A stretch of 64,000 nucleotides of DNA from positions 3,348,001-3,412,000 of the forward strand of contig JAGIQG010000040.1 in assembly GCA_024679065.1 (NCBI GenBank). Direction: 5' to 3'. Origin of the DNA: Sphyrna mokarran. Lineage: Eukaryota. A program made the translations under genes and the position numbers. Position 1 is the first letter of the stretch; every line of letters begins with the position of its first letter. The notes under the pieces were generated by a model. It was not told the origin of the DNA. It searched no databases and saw only the letters and a program-made list of their open reading frames with translations. Below are positions 1-12,714 of the stretch, one piece after another.

Positions 1-384
1 AGCAGTTTGTAACGGGAAGGTGTTTGTAGCAGTTAAATGAAACTCAGTTCAATGGACACATTCTGAAGAGATCAGATCATCGTCTTCGTTTCACGTTAGT
101 TGATAAAGAAATAAAACTGCCCGTGGGTTTAAAGATCTCAGGTTTGACAAAGCTTTTATCCAGATTTCATCCTGTTTGTCAAAACCCCTCACTGGCTCCA
201 GCGGGGCCTCACTCTTATCAACCTGAAGTATTTTGCTTGCTCCCTTGCTGAGGACAAGGTGGAGTCTAATTCATATTAGAATATTTTATTTTATATTTTA
301 ATAAATATATATTACCAATTTATATATATTTTACCAATTTGTTAATTGCTCAACTGAATGCAGTGAATGCTAAATATATGAAAT

Positions 385-581
385 GATGTAGAGATGCCGG
401 AGTTGGACTGGGGTAAACTCAGTAAAGTTTTACAACACCAATTTTAAATCCAACCAATTTATTTGATAGTAAATCAACACAACACTGCATTTGCCTGACG
501 AAGGCGCATAGCGTCGAAAGCTCGCTGATTTACTATCAAATAAATTGGTTGGATTTAAAATTCGTGTTGTAAAACTTTACT
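385..581. mobile_element. Penelope-like element terminal fragment forming a 56-bp inverted repeat
   Basis: 421-476 and 526-581 are inverted repeats (1 mismatch) around a hammerhead-like core. It starts GATGTAGAGATGCCGG..TTGGACTGGGGTAAAC, as does the copy at 55587. Flanked by a 13-bp direct repeat TAAATATATGAAA (371-383, 581-593). Confidence 0.65.
490..528 (+). ncRNA. minimal hammerhead ribozyme motif (Penelope-associated), stem I degraded
   Basis: CTGACGA-A-GGCGC ATA GCGTC-GAAA-GCTC: CUGANGA and GAAA boxes, a paired stem II and a palindromic AGCU stem III. Confidence 0.55.
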
Positions 582-620
582 AAATATATGAAACACAGGG
601 TTTGTAACTTGTGAACCTAC

Positions 621-672
621 GTGTTAATAGAGCTGCCGCGGTGAGGGTTAAGCATAGAGTCAGAGGAGACAT
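621..672 (-). CDS. TCR V leader exon (V exon not found in window, probably upstream of base 1)
   Basis: ATG at 672, MSPLTLCLTLTAAALLT, then a phase-1 donor GTAGGT. Paralogous to the leader at 21670-21721, with the same upstream promoter module. Confidence 0.7.
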
Positions 673-3600
673 GTTTGCAGAGAGTTCGAGGCGGATGTGA
701 GCAGAGAGGATTGAAGCTGAAATTTTAATTGTCAAGAGCTGGTAAGGAGTTGAGTTACATCCGAGCCGTTGTTGATTGGTTCACTGCTGACAGCGTCATT
801 CATTGACATCCAAGCTTAAAAGTTCCATTGTCTTCAAATGACCCAATCAGCGCACGGCTCCTTTGGCTGTCAGCGCCGGGAGAAAGATACTAACTGGGTT
901 TGTTTACCTCTTGGGGACCAGGACGAGGATGAAATCTAAACTTGTCCATTTAACTGCTTCAACTGTGAGGCGGAGAGAGAGCAGGAAATCAGTCAATTTT
1001 ATTAAATTTTTAACTGTTTTCTACCTTTTATTCCTTTATTGTCTTTCTTATCCGCCCCCACTCTTTCCCCTTTTCTTACTTTTTCTCCCCCTTTGCTTCC
1101 TTTCCTTCCGCTTCCTCAATTTTTCCTCTTGCCCCTCTTATCTTCATCTGTCACAGCTTACCCTTGATTTCAGCTTCGCTGCCGTTTGGTCATTCACACC
1201 TACTATTATCTCTATGGACTGCCATTGGCAGCCTTTCCCTTTGTTTTGTGTGGCTATGGCTCATCTTTCATTCCCTCACCCTGCATTATAAGTATCTCAC
1301 ACTTTTTGTGCAGTTTAGCTTTGACAAAGGATCAGCCTGACCCGAAACGTCTCTTTTTGTCTTCTCACAGGTACTGCCAGACCAGCTGAGTGTTTTTAGC
1401 ATTTTATCTTTTGGTTTCAGATTCCAGCATTGCATTAATTTGCTTTACTTTTTAGATTAGTTAATGTTGTTCCTGGATCATAGCAGGAGCCCAAATTAAA
1501 AGAACTGATCTCTGACTGTGAAAACTCTTCGTAGCTGATGCAACAGGCCACTGAGTCCTGAGAGAATTGAATACAACGAAGTGATAAATAGTCAAACACC
1601 GTGTTTTAAATGAAAGGCTAGAATTGGCTATTTAATAGATTTATGCAGAATAAGAGTGTGTGGACTCCTCATGTAGACCCTGACCTTAGGATCTTGATCA
1701 CTTGCAATATTCGCAGCATACTTATTCAAAAAATCGTGTTCACAGTGAAGGATTAGTTCGTCCACATAGGCTTCACATCTGAGGAAGTACTTGCACCAGT
1801 GTTCAATTGTTTACGAGCACTGTGAGAATTGGACGCAGAACTAAGCGAAGTTTTGCTCAGTTGCAGCCCAGAGTTGGTTAACATAATGATTATTTTTCTA
1901 ATGTTGGGTTGCGCAAATTGCTTGATCATCAATCAGTTGGGTATTTTGTCAGAATTAACTGGCTGTGCTTCATGTTAAACCCAGTGACAACTATTTCTCC
2001 AAACCCGCATCTTGTATTAGAAATAGATTTTAACATCACCCCTTCTACTACCTGAATTCCTGAAGTTAGAGATGGAGTGACACAATATCCATAATCCGCT
2101 CTGAAAAGATTGTTGAAACATCGGATGATCAATGAGTTGCAACTATGAAAATCAGATTCAATACCACCAGATGCATTCAAAAAGAAGAAAAATTGAAAAT
2201 ATATTTCATACTGAGGAGAGTGTATGATCGTCAGTTGTTGGAATCAATCTTGGTTCCAGAAGTGAAACAGGTTGTTTTAAAGTCTTATATTGTAATGCTT
2301 CTTTCCTACCAGGAGAGGGCAGAAGGACACTGCATTAAGTTCATTATCCGAGCGAGTGTCTTTAGTGAAGAAAATTTGATTGAAGTACAAATGCAGAAAT
2401 ATAGTTTTAACACGGATAGCAAACTTAATATTTTTTGAAATATTGTTATGAGTTTTCAATGTTGCCATTCCAATAGTTATGTAAAAAATGTTCGATAGAT
2501 AGACCAGTTCCCATTACACAAGATCCCAAATTACCGAACGACTTAGGACGAACATCAGGGCCTTCTTTTTGTCACACAGCGACTGATCCCAGTGTAGAAT
2601 AAAACGTCAGCTCGAACGAGAGAGGAAAATACACCGCAATTGTTGGATAGTAAAATAAACGACTGTTGTAAGCACTCTTCCAATAAAAAAGCAAAAGCAG
2701 GAAGGAATAAACAGCAGGTCTCATTTGTAACTATCTTGTGAACTGCAACACGTCGGCAGTCCAAATGAAGAATTGTATCCCGCAATTACCAGTATACACC
2801 AGCAGAGAGCAATGTGAGACGTGAGAAATATTTAATCTGGGCGGGTCAAGTGTGTACTCGGAGGATGCATGAGCTGTTGTCTGTTTGTAGTGCTCAATGT
2901 GGTTGGTTAAAGGAGAACTCGCTTTTGGTCATTCTGATCCTACTGATGTCAGTTCAACATAAAACATGGCACTGAATTGAACCTGCAGTATTTGGCTGCC
3001 AGTTAATTTTCATGTCCTGGTTCGAATATTTACAATTTATACGAATGATTTGGTGACGGGACCGAAAGTATGGTTACTAAATCTACTGACTACATAAAGA
3101 TATGTAGTTACGTAAATAATGAAGAGGAAAATCGGAAGACACAAATAGAAGTGCATGGACAAAGATCAGGACAATCAAGTATAATGTGGGTAAATGAGAA
3201 ATTATTAATTTTGGCAGGAAGGAACGCAAAAAAATCAGATAATTAAATGGAGAGGATTGCAGAGCTGTGAGATTCAGGGGTAACTGGGAGCCTTATTGTG
3301 TGAATTGCAAACGCTAGAATATAGGAACAGCAAGTCGTAAGAATCTTGCCATCTATTGTGAGGCGATATCATTATAAAAATCGGTGCGGTAAAGTTTCAG
3401 TTGTAGAGGGCATGAGTGGCATCATATCTGCGTTTTGCAATTTTACAATGGTCGCTTACTATGACTGTGGAGATTGGATTAGCTTTTGTTTCGGGAGTCG
3501 CTTCAGTTCAGTTGGCTACACAGCAGGCTTGCGATTCAAAGCAGCTCTGAGAGCACAGGTTAAAATCGCATACTCTCTGAGGTTACTGATGCCTCCTTAG

Positions 3601-3693
3601 CCTTACCTTACAGGTGTAGAGTGATCCTCAAGTTAAATCACCATCAGCCTGCGGTTATCTGGGGCCTTTATTGTTTCTGTCCACTGGCGTGAG

Positions 3694-3708
3694 AGCGCCC
3701 TCTGCTGG
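3694..3708 (-). promoter_or_regulatory. CTCF-binding motif just downstream of a V RSS
   Basis: Minus strand reads CCAGCAGAGGGCGCT, a close match to the vertebrate CTCF core, 26 bp beyond the nonamer at 3735. Confidence 0.65.
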
Positions 3709-3772
3709 TCACTAATTGGAACTCTTACTGTGGGAGTTTTTGTATGGGACTCACTATATCTGCAGCAGTGTG

Positions 3773-4404
3773 GGGTCCAACGCACAGATATATGCCGCAC
3801 CATCAGTCATCACCGTCCTGCCGATCGTTAGCTGGGATATCTTGGAAGCTTTATTTAATGTAGCTGAAAAGCGATCGCTGATGTCGGTGTGTCTGTACAG
3901 GTTTTCTCCTACAATACGAAGTATGAAATGTGGAGATTGCCCGGGGCTCTGACTGTACCAGTACACATAAGGGTTAGCAGTGCTTGTTTTCAAGTTGCAA
4001 GTTATTGTTGCATTATTTTCCTCTCCAACTGTTATTTCAGCATCCGGTTGCTGCACTGTGTCTTGGTGACTCCATTCTAACGCAAAATAAGAGTAAAAAT
4101 GAAATTAGGAAATAGTATTAACCGAACATTTCAGAACAAAATCATCCATCGTCATCAAAGAGATTCCTATTATTTATTATCAATAACGAGTGGTTTTACA
4201 GGAAAGGAAATACACAAACACATAGAAGCAGGAGAAGGTAATTTAGCCCATTGAGCCTACCCCGCATATTATCGTGATCATGGCTGATCATACAATTCAA
4301 TAATATGATCCTGCGTTTCCCCATTTCTTTGATCCCCTTCGCCTCAAGAAATACTTACTGAGAAATGAGATAGTGATGAGAATCAGAGTGAGGCGGTTAT
4401 CCAT
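3773..4404 (-). CDS. TCR alpha/delta V segment (leader 4404-4359, V exon 4076-3773)
   Basis: Leader MDNRLTLILITISFL/GTAAGT. V exon has ..ATITC..YVYWYSQ..DRFSA..DGAAYICALD. RSS CACACTG(3772-3766)-22-ACAAAAACT(3743-3735). Confidence 0.9.
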
Positions 4405-5091
4405 GATTCTTCCTGAGTGTGCAACTCTGAAGTGAGAGAAACCCTCTATCAGAGACACAAATACAGATGCATGCCCTATTGCACTGCTGAGCCAACCAAT
4501 TCGAGAAATGGAACAGCGACATCAATCTGTCCTATCACATAGTCGGGTCAGAATGAGAGCAGCAAACGGAAGCTGTGGGCGAGGATACGGCAGACTCAAT
4601 ATTGAGTGAAGTGTGCGGTAACTTTGAGCTGCACTGGGAGCTGATGGAGCGAAAAATAGCGACTGTTGACCATTCTGCACCTGTTCATTGTTTAGGTATC
4701 TAAGAATAAGTAGAGTGACCGAGGCATGAAGCAAAGAGAATCGTACAAGTTTGAGCACGGAATAAGGCTGTTGGTTCGACATTTGGCTCTTTGGAAGAGT
4801 TTTCCAAATCATCTTTCATCCCTACATTTTCCACACACACAAGGATTCTTTGTTCAAAATATATGTAATTTCCTTCTAAATATTTCCGTTGAAAACACTG
4901 CCACCATTTTAGGCAATGTGTTTCTAGCTTTGAACAATTAGCAATGCAGCAAGTGAATACGATCATTCTATGATTTTCCTTCTCTTTAACTGGTCTACTT
5001 GGATTATCAAATGATGTACTGATTGAAACAGTTTTGCGTGACCTATCGTCATTTAAAAAAAATATTCTGAGAACTAAATACAGAGATACAG

Positions 5092-8000
5092 AGATGGGTG
5101 GAGTTGAGGAATAGGAAGGGAGTGGTTACTCTGTTGGGTGTTTACTACAGACCGCCCAACAGCCCGCGAGCCGTGGAAGAAGGGATATGCAGGGACATTT
5201 TAGATAAGTGTAGGAAAAATAGGGTAGTAGTAGTGGGAGATTTCAAAGGAGAGGCGGGGGAGTGGCTTTATTAGTTAAGGACAACATCATAGCAGTGCAG
5301 AGCGAGGGAGGTATGGATGATTTAGGAATTGAGTCTCTATGGGTGGAGTTGAGGAATAGGAAGGGAGTGGTTACTCTGTTGGGTGTTTACTACAGACCGC
5401 CCAACAGCCCGCGAGCCGTGGAAGAAGGGATATGCAGGGACATTTTAGATAAGTGTAGGAAAAATAGGGTAGTAGTAGTGGGAGATTTCAATTTTCCTGG
5501 AGTAGATTGGAGAGGGCCTAGAGCTGTAGGAGTGGACGGGGAGGAATTTGTACAGTGTGTTTTGGAAGGGTTCTTGGAGCAGTATGTGGATGACCCGACT
5601 AGAGATGGGGATATACTGTATTTGGTTCTGGGGAATGAGCCAGGCCAGGTGGTTGACGTCGAGGTAGGAGAGCAGGTGTCAAATAGTGATCACAACTCTG
5701 TCTGCTTTAGGATATTAATGGAAAAGGACGAGACCTGCCCAAAAGGGAAGGTATTTAACTGGGGGAGGGCTAGATACAGCCAGATTAGGCAAGATCTTAA
5801 AGATACCGACTGGGATAAGCTTTTCGAGGGCAGGTCGACGAGATACATGTGGGAGTCTTTCAAGGGAAAACTAAACTCTCTGCAGGAAAGATACGTGCCG
5901 GCAAGGAGGAAGGATGGGAAAGGTAGGATTAGAGAACCGTGGCTTACCAGGGAGATTGAGGACTTGATCAGGAAGAAGCGAGAGGCTTACATTAGATCTA
6001 GGCAATTGGGGACTGAGACAGCGCTGGAAGCTTATAGAGAGTGTAGACGGGATCTTAAAAGGGGTATTAGAAAGGCAAAAAGGGGCCACGAGTTGGCTCT
6101 GGCAGGTAGGATTAAGGAAAATCCAAAGGCATTTTACGCCTATGTAAGGAGCAAAAGGATGGTTAGAGGCAAGATTGGACCTCTCAGGGACAGAGGAGGG
6201 AGATCTATGCTTAGAGCCTGAGGGAATGGGGGAGATCCTGAATGAATACTTTGCATCGGTATTCACGCAGGAGACTGGACAGATGTCTGTGCCTGATGTT
6301 GACAAAGTTGAGGATCGGTTGAGGGAAATAAGGATTACGAGGAAAGAGGTGTTGGGGCTGTTAGGCAGCTTAAAGACATATAAAGCTCCGGGGCCTGATG
6401 GCATTTACCCCAGGCTGCTAAGGGAGTTGAGGGAAGACTTGGCTGGGCCTCTGACGCAAATCTTTGTCTCTTCCTTGGACACAGGTGAGGTCCCAGAGGA
6501 CTGGAGGATAGCAAACGTAGTACCGTTGTTTAAAAAAGGTCAGAGGGATCACCCAGGGAACTATAGGCCGGTGAGCTTGACTTCAGTTATAGGTAAGCTA
6601 ATGGAGAGGATCCTTAGGGACAGGATGTATGAGCATCTGGAGCGCTGCGATCTGATCAGGGATACGCAGCATGGCTTCGTCAAGGGGAAGTCTTGTCTTA
6701 CAAATCTAGTGGAATTTTTTGAAGAAGTGACAAAAACAGTTGATGAAGGACAGGCTGTTGATGTCGTCTACATGGATTTCAGTAAGGCGTTTGACAAGGT
6801 TCCTCATGGTAGACTGATAGAGAAGGTGAAGGCGCATGGGATACAGGGTCGGGTATGTAGATGGGTCGAGAACTGGCTCGGGAGGAGGAGACAGAGGGTA
6901 GTAGTGGAAGGCTCTTTTTCCGGCTGGAAGCCTGTCACTAGTGGAGTGCCACAAGGCTCAGTACTAGGTCCTCTTCTATTTGTGGTCTACATAAACGACT
7001 TGGAAGTTGGGGTAGGTGGTGAGATCAGCAAATTTGCTGATGACACCAAGATGCTTGGATTGGCGGGTACAGAGGAGCAGTGTCAGGCAATACAACAGGA
7101 CATAGATAGGTTGGTAGACTGGGCAGATAGATGGCAAATGGAATTTAATCCGGATAAATGCGAGGTGATGCATTTTGGCCGGAAAAATGTAGAAGAGAGT
7201 TATAGGATAAAAGGTAAAACTATACGGAGCATAGAGACGCAGAGAGACTTGGGGGTGCAGGTTCACAAGTCTCTGAAGGTGTCCTCACAGGTGGAGAAGG
7301 TGATAAAGAAGGCGTATAGTATGTTAGCTTTCATAGAAAAGGGTATAGAATACAAGAGTAGGAGTTTGATGTTGCAGTTGTATAGAACTTTGGTTAGGCC
7401 TCACTTGGAATACTGCGCCCAGTTCTGGTCGCCGTACTATCGGAAGGATGTGGAGTCCTTGGAGAGAGTGCAGAGGAGGTTTACCAGGATGCTGCCTGGT
7501 ATGGAAGGACTGTCTTATGAGGAACGATTAAATAGACTGGGGTTGTTTTCCCTTGAAAGACGTCGGCTTAGAGGGGATCTCATAGAGGTGTATAAGATTA
7601 TAAGGGGTATAGATAGAGTAAATGGAGGTAAACTTTTTCCACCTTCAGAAATGGATAGGACGAGGGGTCATGGCCATAGGGTGAGGGGGGCTATGTATAG
7701 GACGAATATTAGAGGGCAGTTTTTCACACAAAGGGTAGTGGGGGTGTGGAATGCACTGCCGAGTAAGGTGGTGGGAGCAGGCACGCTGGGGCTGTTTAAG
7801 GGTCTCTTGGACAGCCACATGAGCGGTATGCAGATAGAGGGATATATTAGGACTGTTTAACTACGGCTTTTTTCCACAGGTAATTCGGTCCATACTTGAC
7901 CACTGAGCATGCATTCGGCAGGTGGTGCGGGTACAGCTCTTGGATGTTGATTCATGGGTTGCCTGGTACCTCATGTCGTAAATGAGTGCTTTATGTGGAC

Positions 8001-8323
8001 CATCTGAAGGGCACCATGACAGCTCAGAGACTATCGATGTGGCTGTGCAGACACTTGGAATTGGGCCGGTGTCTGCGGGAGTTTGCGCGTTCTCCCGTGG
8101 TTGCGTGGGTTTTCTCCGGGCACTCCGGTTTCCTCCCACAACCCAAAAATTCGCTCTTAGGCTGATTGGGAAACAAATTGTCCCTATAGTGAGAGTCTTC
8201 CATATTAGGAATAACCTAAGTCTATAATAGGATAATGGAATTGCTACTATATAGTTATGACGGCGGCGTGGGCTCGTTGGGCCGAAGGACCTGTTTCCCG
8301 TGCTGTGTTGCTCTTAAAAAAAA
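5092..8323 (+). mobile_element. CR1-clade LINE, 5'-truncated, with long 3' UTR
   Basis: APE endonuclease motifs (GVYYRPP, GDFN, SDHN) and RT motifs (QHGF, DFSKAFD, PQGSVLGP, FADD). CR1 tail GGGCCGAAGGACCTGTTTCC followed by an A run. Possible TSD AGATACAG (5084-5091, 8324-8331). 5094-5245 duplicates 5339-5490. Confidence 0.95.
5262..7860 (+). pseudogene. CR1 ORF2 (endonuclease/reverse transcriptase), one frameshift near 6200, N-terminus truncated
   Basis: ORFs 5262-6221 and 6175-7860 overlap and join as RDRGG/DLCLEPE across a G-rich run. Confidence 0.9.
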
Positions 8324-8399
8324 AAGATACAGGAGACTTTTCTAAATAAAGACTGATAAAATCCATTATTCTATGATTTTTATAGACTAAATCGGATTT

Positions 8400-8815
8400 A
8401 GGATTATATTCACTGGAATTCAGAAGGGGCATTTTATATAATCTTATAAAATTCCATAGGGTTAGACTGGACAGATTAAAAAAAAGGTCCCCAGTGATAG
8501 GGAACCCAAAACTAGTGGTCATAGTTTGAGGATAAGGGGTAAACCTTTTTGAACAGAGGTGAGGGAAAATTCCTCCACACAGAGACTGGTGAGCGTTTCG
8601 AATTCAGTGGCATAGAAAGTAGTTGAGGCCAAAAATGTTGCCTGATTTCAGGAAGAAATTAGAAATAGCTCTAGGGGCTTAGAGGGTCAAGGGATATGGG
8701 GGGATGGGGATCAGAATATTGAACTCAAGAATCAGTGATTTTCAAAATGAATGGTGGAGCAGGCTCGAAGGGCCGATTGGCCTACCCTTGTTTCTAGGTT
8801 CCATATTTCTATTTA
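8400..8815 (+). mobile_element. older CR1 (HER1-like) 3' fragment
   Basis: Degenerate ..RGHSLRIRGKPF.. coding end and the tail GGAGCAGGCTCGAAGGGCCGA..GGCCTAC; the same family recurs at 12715, 26630 and 44500. Confidence 0.7.
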
Positions 8816-8936
8816 ATATGGTTAACTCTTTAACATACGCTTTTCGGGACAGGTTGGAAAGTTGAAATTCACGCACACTCATACAGGTAAATCGATCCTC
8901 TTTATTCTTGTTTTCTTTTATTTATCCACATCTACA

Positions 8937-9152
8937 GGTGCAGTCAATCAGCCTGCGGCGTCGGAAACTCTTGTCAGAAAAGTGTTCGGCAGATTGTAAA
9001 TATACAGACCAGCTTGTAAACGCCATGCAATGGCATCGACAGAAAACGGCAGAAACGCCAAAGTGGATAATTAGCAATGTCGTAGAACTGAAGAAAGATG
9101 ACATCTCAGGACGATGGCTGGCGGGTGTTGACGCGTCTATAAAGTCTGGTTA
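8937..9152 (+). pseudogene. TCR V pseudogene fragment truncated by a LINE insertion
   Basis: After the acceptor CTACAG: ..ADCKYTDQLVNAMQWHRQKTAETPKWIIS..GRWLAGVDASIKSGY, then LINE sequence. No second Cys and no RSS. Paralogous to the pseudogene at 32573-33103. Confidence 0.7.
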
Positions 9153-10430
9153 CAGGTGAAGCACTAGACTACTTTAGAAAAATCCAAGAGCAGCCCTCGC
9201 ACGACCCACCGCGTGTATGCCCCTTGTTGGACAACAAGGCGGACCGAAGCACCCATGGAATAAAAGAGAAAAACATCAATAACATGCACACATTCAAGGG
9301 AATCCCCAGAAGCTCAAAACTAAAGCAAATGAGCCAGGAAATATATTGGGAAGTCTATAGGAATCAATTAATTCCCAGGAACGTCCCAAGGCTCTTGATC
9401 CCTATTTCAAACAGTCTTCTATATCCCTCCATCTCTATTCCGCTCATGTGCCTATCTAAGTATCCCTCCAACGTGCCTGCCTCCACCACCTTACTTGGCA
9501 GTGCGTTCCATACCCTCACAACCCTCTGTGTGAAAAACCTCCTTCTAACATCCAAATTATACCTCGCCCCCCTCACCTAAGCCCGTGGCCCCTCGTAATA
9601 TTTGTTTCCAAACTAGGAAAAAGCTTACCACAGTGTACTCTATCTGTACCCTTCATAATCTTATATACCTCTATTAGATCTCCTCTCAGTCTCCGTCTTT
9701 CTAAAGAAAACATTCCCAATTTGCCCACCCTTTCCTTGTAACCCAGACCTTCCATACTAGGCAGCATCCTGGTAAACCTCCTCTGCATCCTCTCCAGGGT
9801 CTCCACGTCCTTCTGGTAGTAGGGTGACCAGAACTGGACGCAGTATTCCAAATGAGGTCTAACCAACGTTCTATACAACTGCAACCGCCAACTCTCGTAC
9901 TCTATATCCCTTCCTATAAAGGCTAGCATACCATAAGCTTTATTCACAACCTTCTCCACCTGTATTTCCACCTTCAAAGACTCGTGCACTTGTACCCCTA
10001 GGTCCCTCTGCGTTTCTATACTCTTAATAGGTCATTTATCATATAACTCCTCCGCCTACATTATTTCTCCCAAAATGCATCACCTCACATTTCTTAGGAT
10101 TAAATTCCATCTGCCATTTATCTGCCCAATCTACAAGCTTATCTATGTGCTGCTGACACTGCTCTTCACTGTCTGCAAGTCCAGCTATCTTCGTGTCATC
10201 TGCAAACTTGCTGACCACACCACTTACTCTCTCTTCCAAGTCATTTATGTATATTACAAATAGAAGACATCCCAGTACTGAACGCTGTGGCACACCACTA
10301 GTGACAGACCTCCAGCTAGAAAAAGACCTTTCCACTACTACTCTCTGTCTCCTATTACCAAGCCAGTTACTAATTCGTCTAGATACCTGTCCTTGCATTC
10401 CATGAGGTTTCAACCAACCTCCCATGAGGG
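9153..10430 (-). mobile_element. CR1 LINE fragment (RT C-terminus plus part of 3' UTR)
   Basis: Minus-strand ORFs 10039-10425, 9573-9989 and 9364-9576 are frameshifted RT pieces. The UTR at 9155-9400 matches 29580-29770. Confidence 0.9.
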
Positions 10431-11861
10431 ATCTCGGGACTTTGCCATTGTTTCCTGCAACGAATTGCAGAATCTTCTAATTATCTGGTGGAAGGCACTC
10501 AAACAGACAGTGACAATTTAAACACAGACTCACCAGGCAAGAAAACCAACAACATTAGTGAAGAAATTGGGAGAACATGCTTCTGGCTTAAGAATTCCAC
10601 GAAAACAGCAAAATTTTAAAATTATGACAACTCTTGTTCTCTGAAGTGTAGAAGGAATTTTATATAATCGACTGTCTACATTTTTGGGAAACTAAAGAAC
10701 TTTGTCCAATGACCTACTTCTCAGTTTTGTCAAGGATTGACTACCGAACAACGTTGATTGTAGCCCAATGGCTTTATCTGACTATTTCTCTATCTGCTCC
10801 TGTCTGTCTTTATTGCGCCTCCTTGGTGTCCACCCTGCACTCTCAATCTTTTGGCCACTAGTGCCAATGTCCTCTTTGTATCTCAGAGTCCCGCCTCTCC
10901 CAACCTTGTTCCGGGAAAGACCAGAATGTAGAACATGTAATTTCTCCCAGTCTCCCGTTTCAATAAATTCCCCAAGCCTCGTTCGGGCATTGCTGATAAA
11001 TTGGACAAAATATCAGCTATCCACAACTCCGAGAAAAGCCTAAAATTGAAGTAGGTACAATAAATCCGGCAGTCTGTCAGATAAATGTGAGGAAGGAGCC
11101 AAATTCACATCCTTCCGATGTGGGGAGAGAGCTTTATTCAGAGTTCGAATCTTATCTGTATTGCTGTGGTTTCAAAATTGTGTAAAACGCATTTAGTTTA
11201 ACAGAAAGGTCTGGGACATTCGAAACAGATGAAGCAATCGATAAGGATTCAAACTGAAATTCATATTAGTTCCATGCATAGTTCAATCTGAATTTAAGGA
11301 TACCATAATAAGACTAATAGGAAGAAAAAATACGGCAGTATATTCTTGCTTGATTCCTTATCTAAAGAAAAGTTGTAATGCGTTAGAAAATGTCCAGAGA
11401 AAGTTTGCTATAGTATTAGCAGGTATAAGCGTATTTTCTGGATAAGCAGAAGGGTACTGATCCTGGATTTGTATTCGCTGAATTTCGAAGATTGAGAGAT
11501 GACTTTCTTGAAGCCTTAAAACCCAAAGGGGTATTAATGGTGTGGATGTGGAATGAATATTTCCTCTTGTCCGTATTGTACCTGCGCCAGATATTTCTAA
11601 GCCTTTATATTTCCCAGCCTATACATTTTTGGGTTCTGTGTCTGTTCCGAATGTGGTTAAACTGTCCACGGGAGGGCGCGCTCTGATCACTTCCCAAAGT
11701 CGCCTTCTGCAGAGAGTGAGTTTTTGCAGATATAAAAATGGGCGAGGAAAATAAATCCCAGCCAATCGCATCGCTCCTTGCTAACTCTTTCAATTTCTCA
11801 TATTCCGGGTCTCTTTCAGACAGAGATCACTCTCCCTAATTCTGGAGCTCAGATTGGAACC

Positions 11862-12330
11862 ATGGCAGTGAAGATGTTCCTCACCCTGGTTATTGCTCTG
11901 ATCCTAGGTCAGTGATTCTGATCATATACTGTAAAGTATATTTCAGTCCTTTCCAAGCTCTGTGTGACTGTTGTCTTCCTCTGTCTCCTAACCCGCTTTG
12001 TATCCGATATATATTTTCAGAGATGAGTTATGGAGACTCAGTTTCCCAATCAGAGCCAAGAGTTGAAGCAGCAGAGGGTGAAGATTCAATAATGCCCTGC
12101 AGTTACTCACTATCGAGCTCAGCTATGCAACATTCCCTATTCTGGTATCGCCAGTATCCACACCGAGCTCCTCAGTATCTGCTGAGAGCCGATAGCTTTG
12201 GGTTTAACGAGACGGCTCCCGGCTTTGAGCATTTCAGCGGGAATCTCAACCAGAAACAAAGCACTTTTCACTTGACAATGAAAGATTTGAAGATGCCAGA
12301 CAGCGCCGTGTATTACTGTGCACTGAGACC
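11862..12330 (+). CDS. TCR alpha/delta V segment (leader 11862-11907, V exon 12021-12330)
   Basis: Leader MAVKMFLTLVIALIL/GTCAGT. V exon GDSVSQ..MPCSY..LFWYRQYP..DSAVYYCALR. RSS CACAGTG(12331)-23-ACAAAAACT(12361-12369). Confidence 0.95.
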
Positions 12331-12714
12331 CACAGTGAATGAGGCTTCCATAGTCCTCATACAAAAACTAAAGCAGGTCGATAACCAAATGTTCTCTGTC
12401 AGGGAAAAAAAGATTCGGATCTCATCGAAAATGCGCAGAAAATGAAGGGGACAGTATAGCCCCAACTTAACGATATTCCCCCGCAGACCTCACCCATTAT
12501 CAGTGTTGTGAAATGTCACATTTGGCGGTCATATCAAATCCAATCATTCTCCAATCCAAATCGCACAAATTTGCAGATTACCCTGGCAAATAACTTCATT
12601 GATCTGTAGTTAGGTGTCATACTTTAAAAGTGATCTATTATCAAATGCAGCTTCTGAATTGTCCCATTTTAAAGTTCGTGGAGTAGAAATAGTGACTGAT
12701 TTGAAATCAGAACT

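Noticed and set aside
863-1291. 142-aa hydrophobic ORF, or possible leader MKSKLVHLTAST
   Set aside because: Runs through a pyrimidine-rich tract; the putative donor is in the wrong phase and no V exon follows.
1320-1450. Further hammerhead-like remnants (also ~16745, ~34700, ~35650, ~50570)
   Set aside because: The CUGANGA box is mutated or missing; old repeat remnants, not credible ribozymes.
5262-7860. Autonomous active LINE
   Set aside because: 5'-truncated inside the endonuclease, no ORF1, and one frameshift (which might be a homopolymer error).
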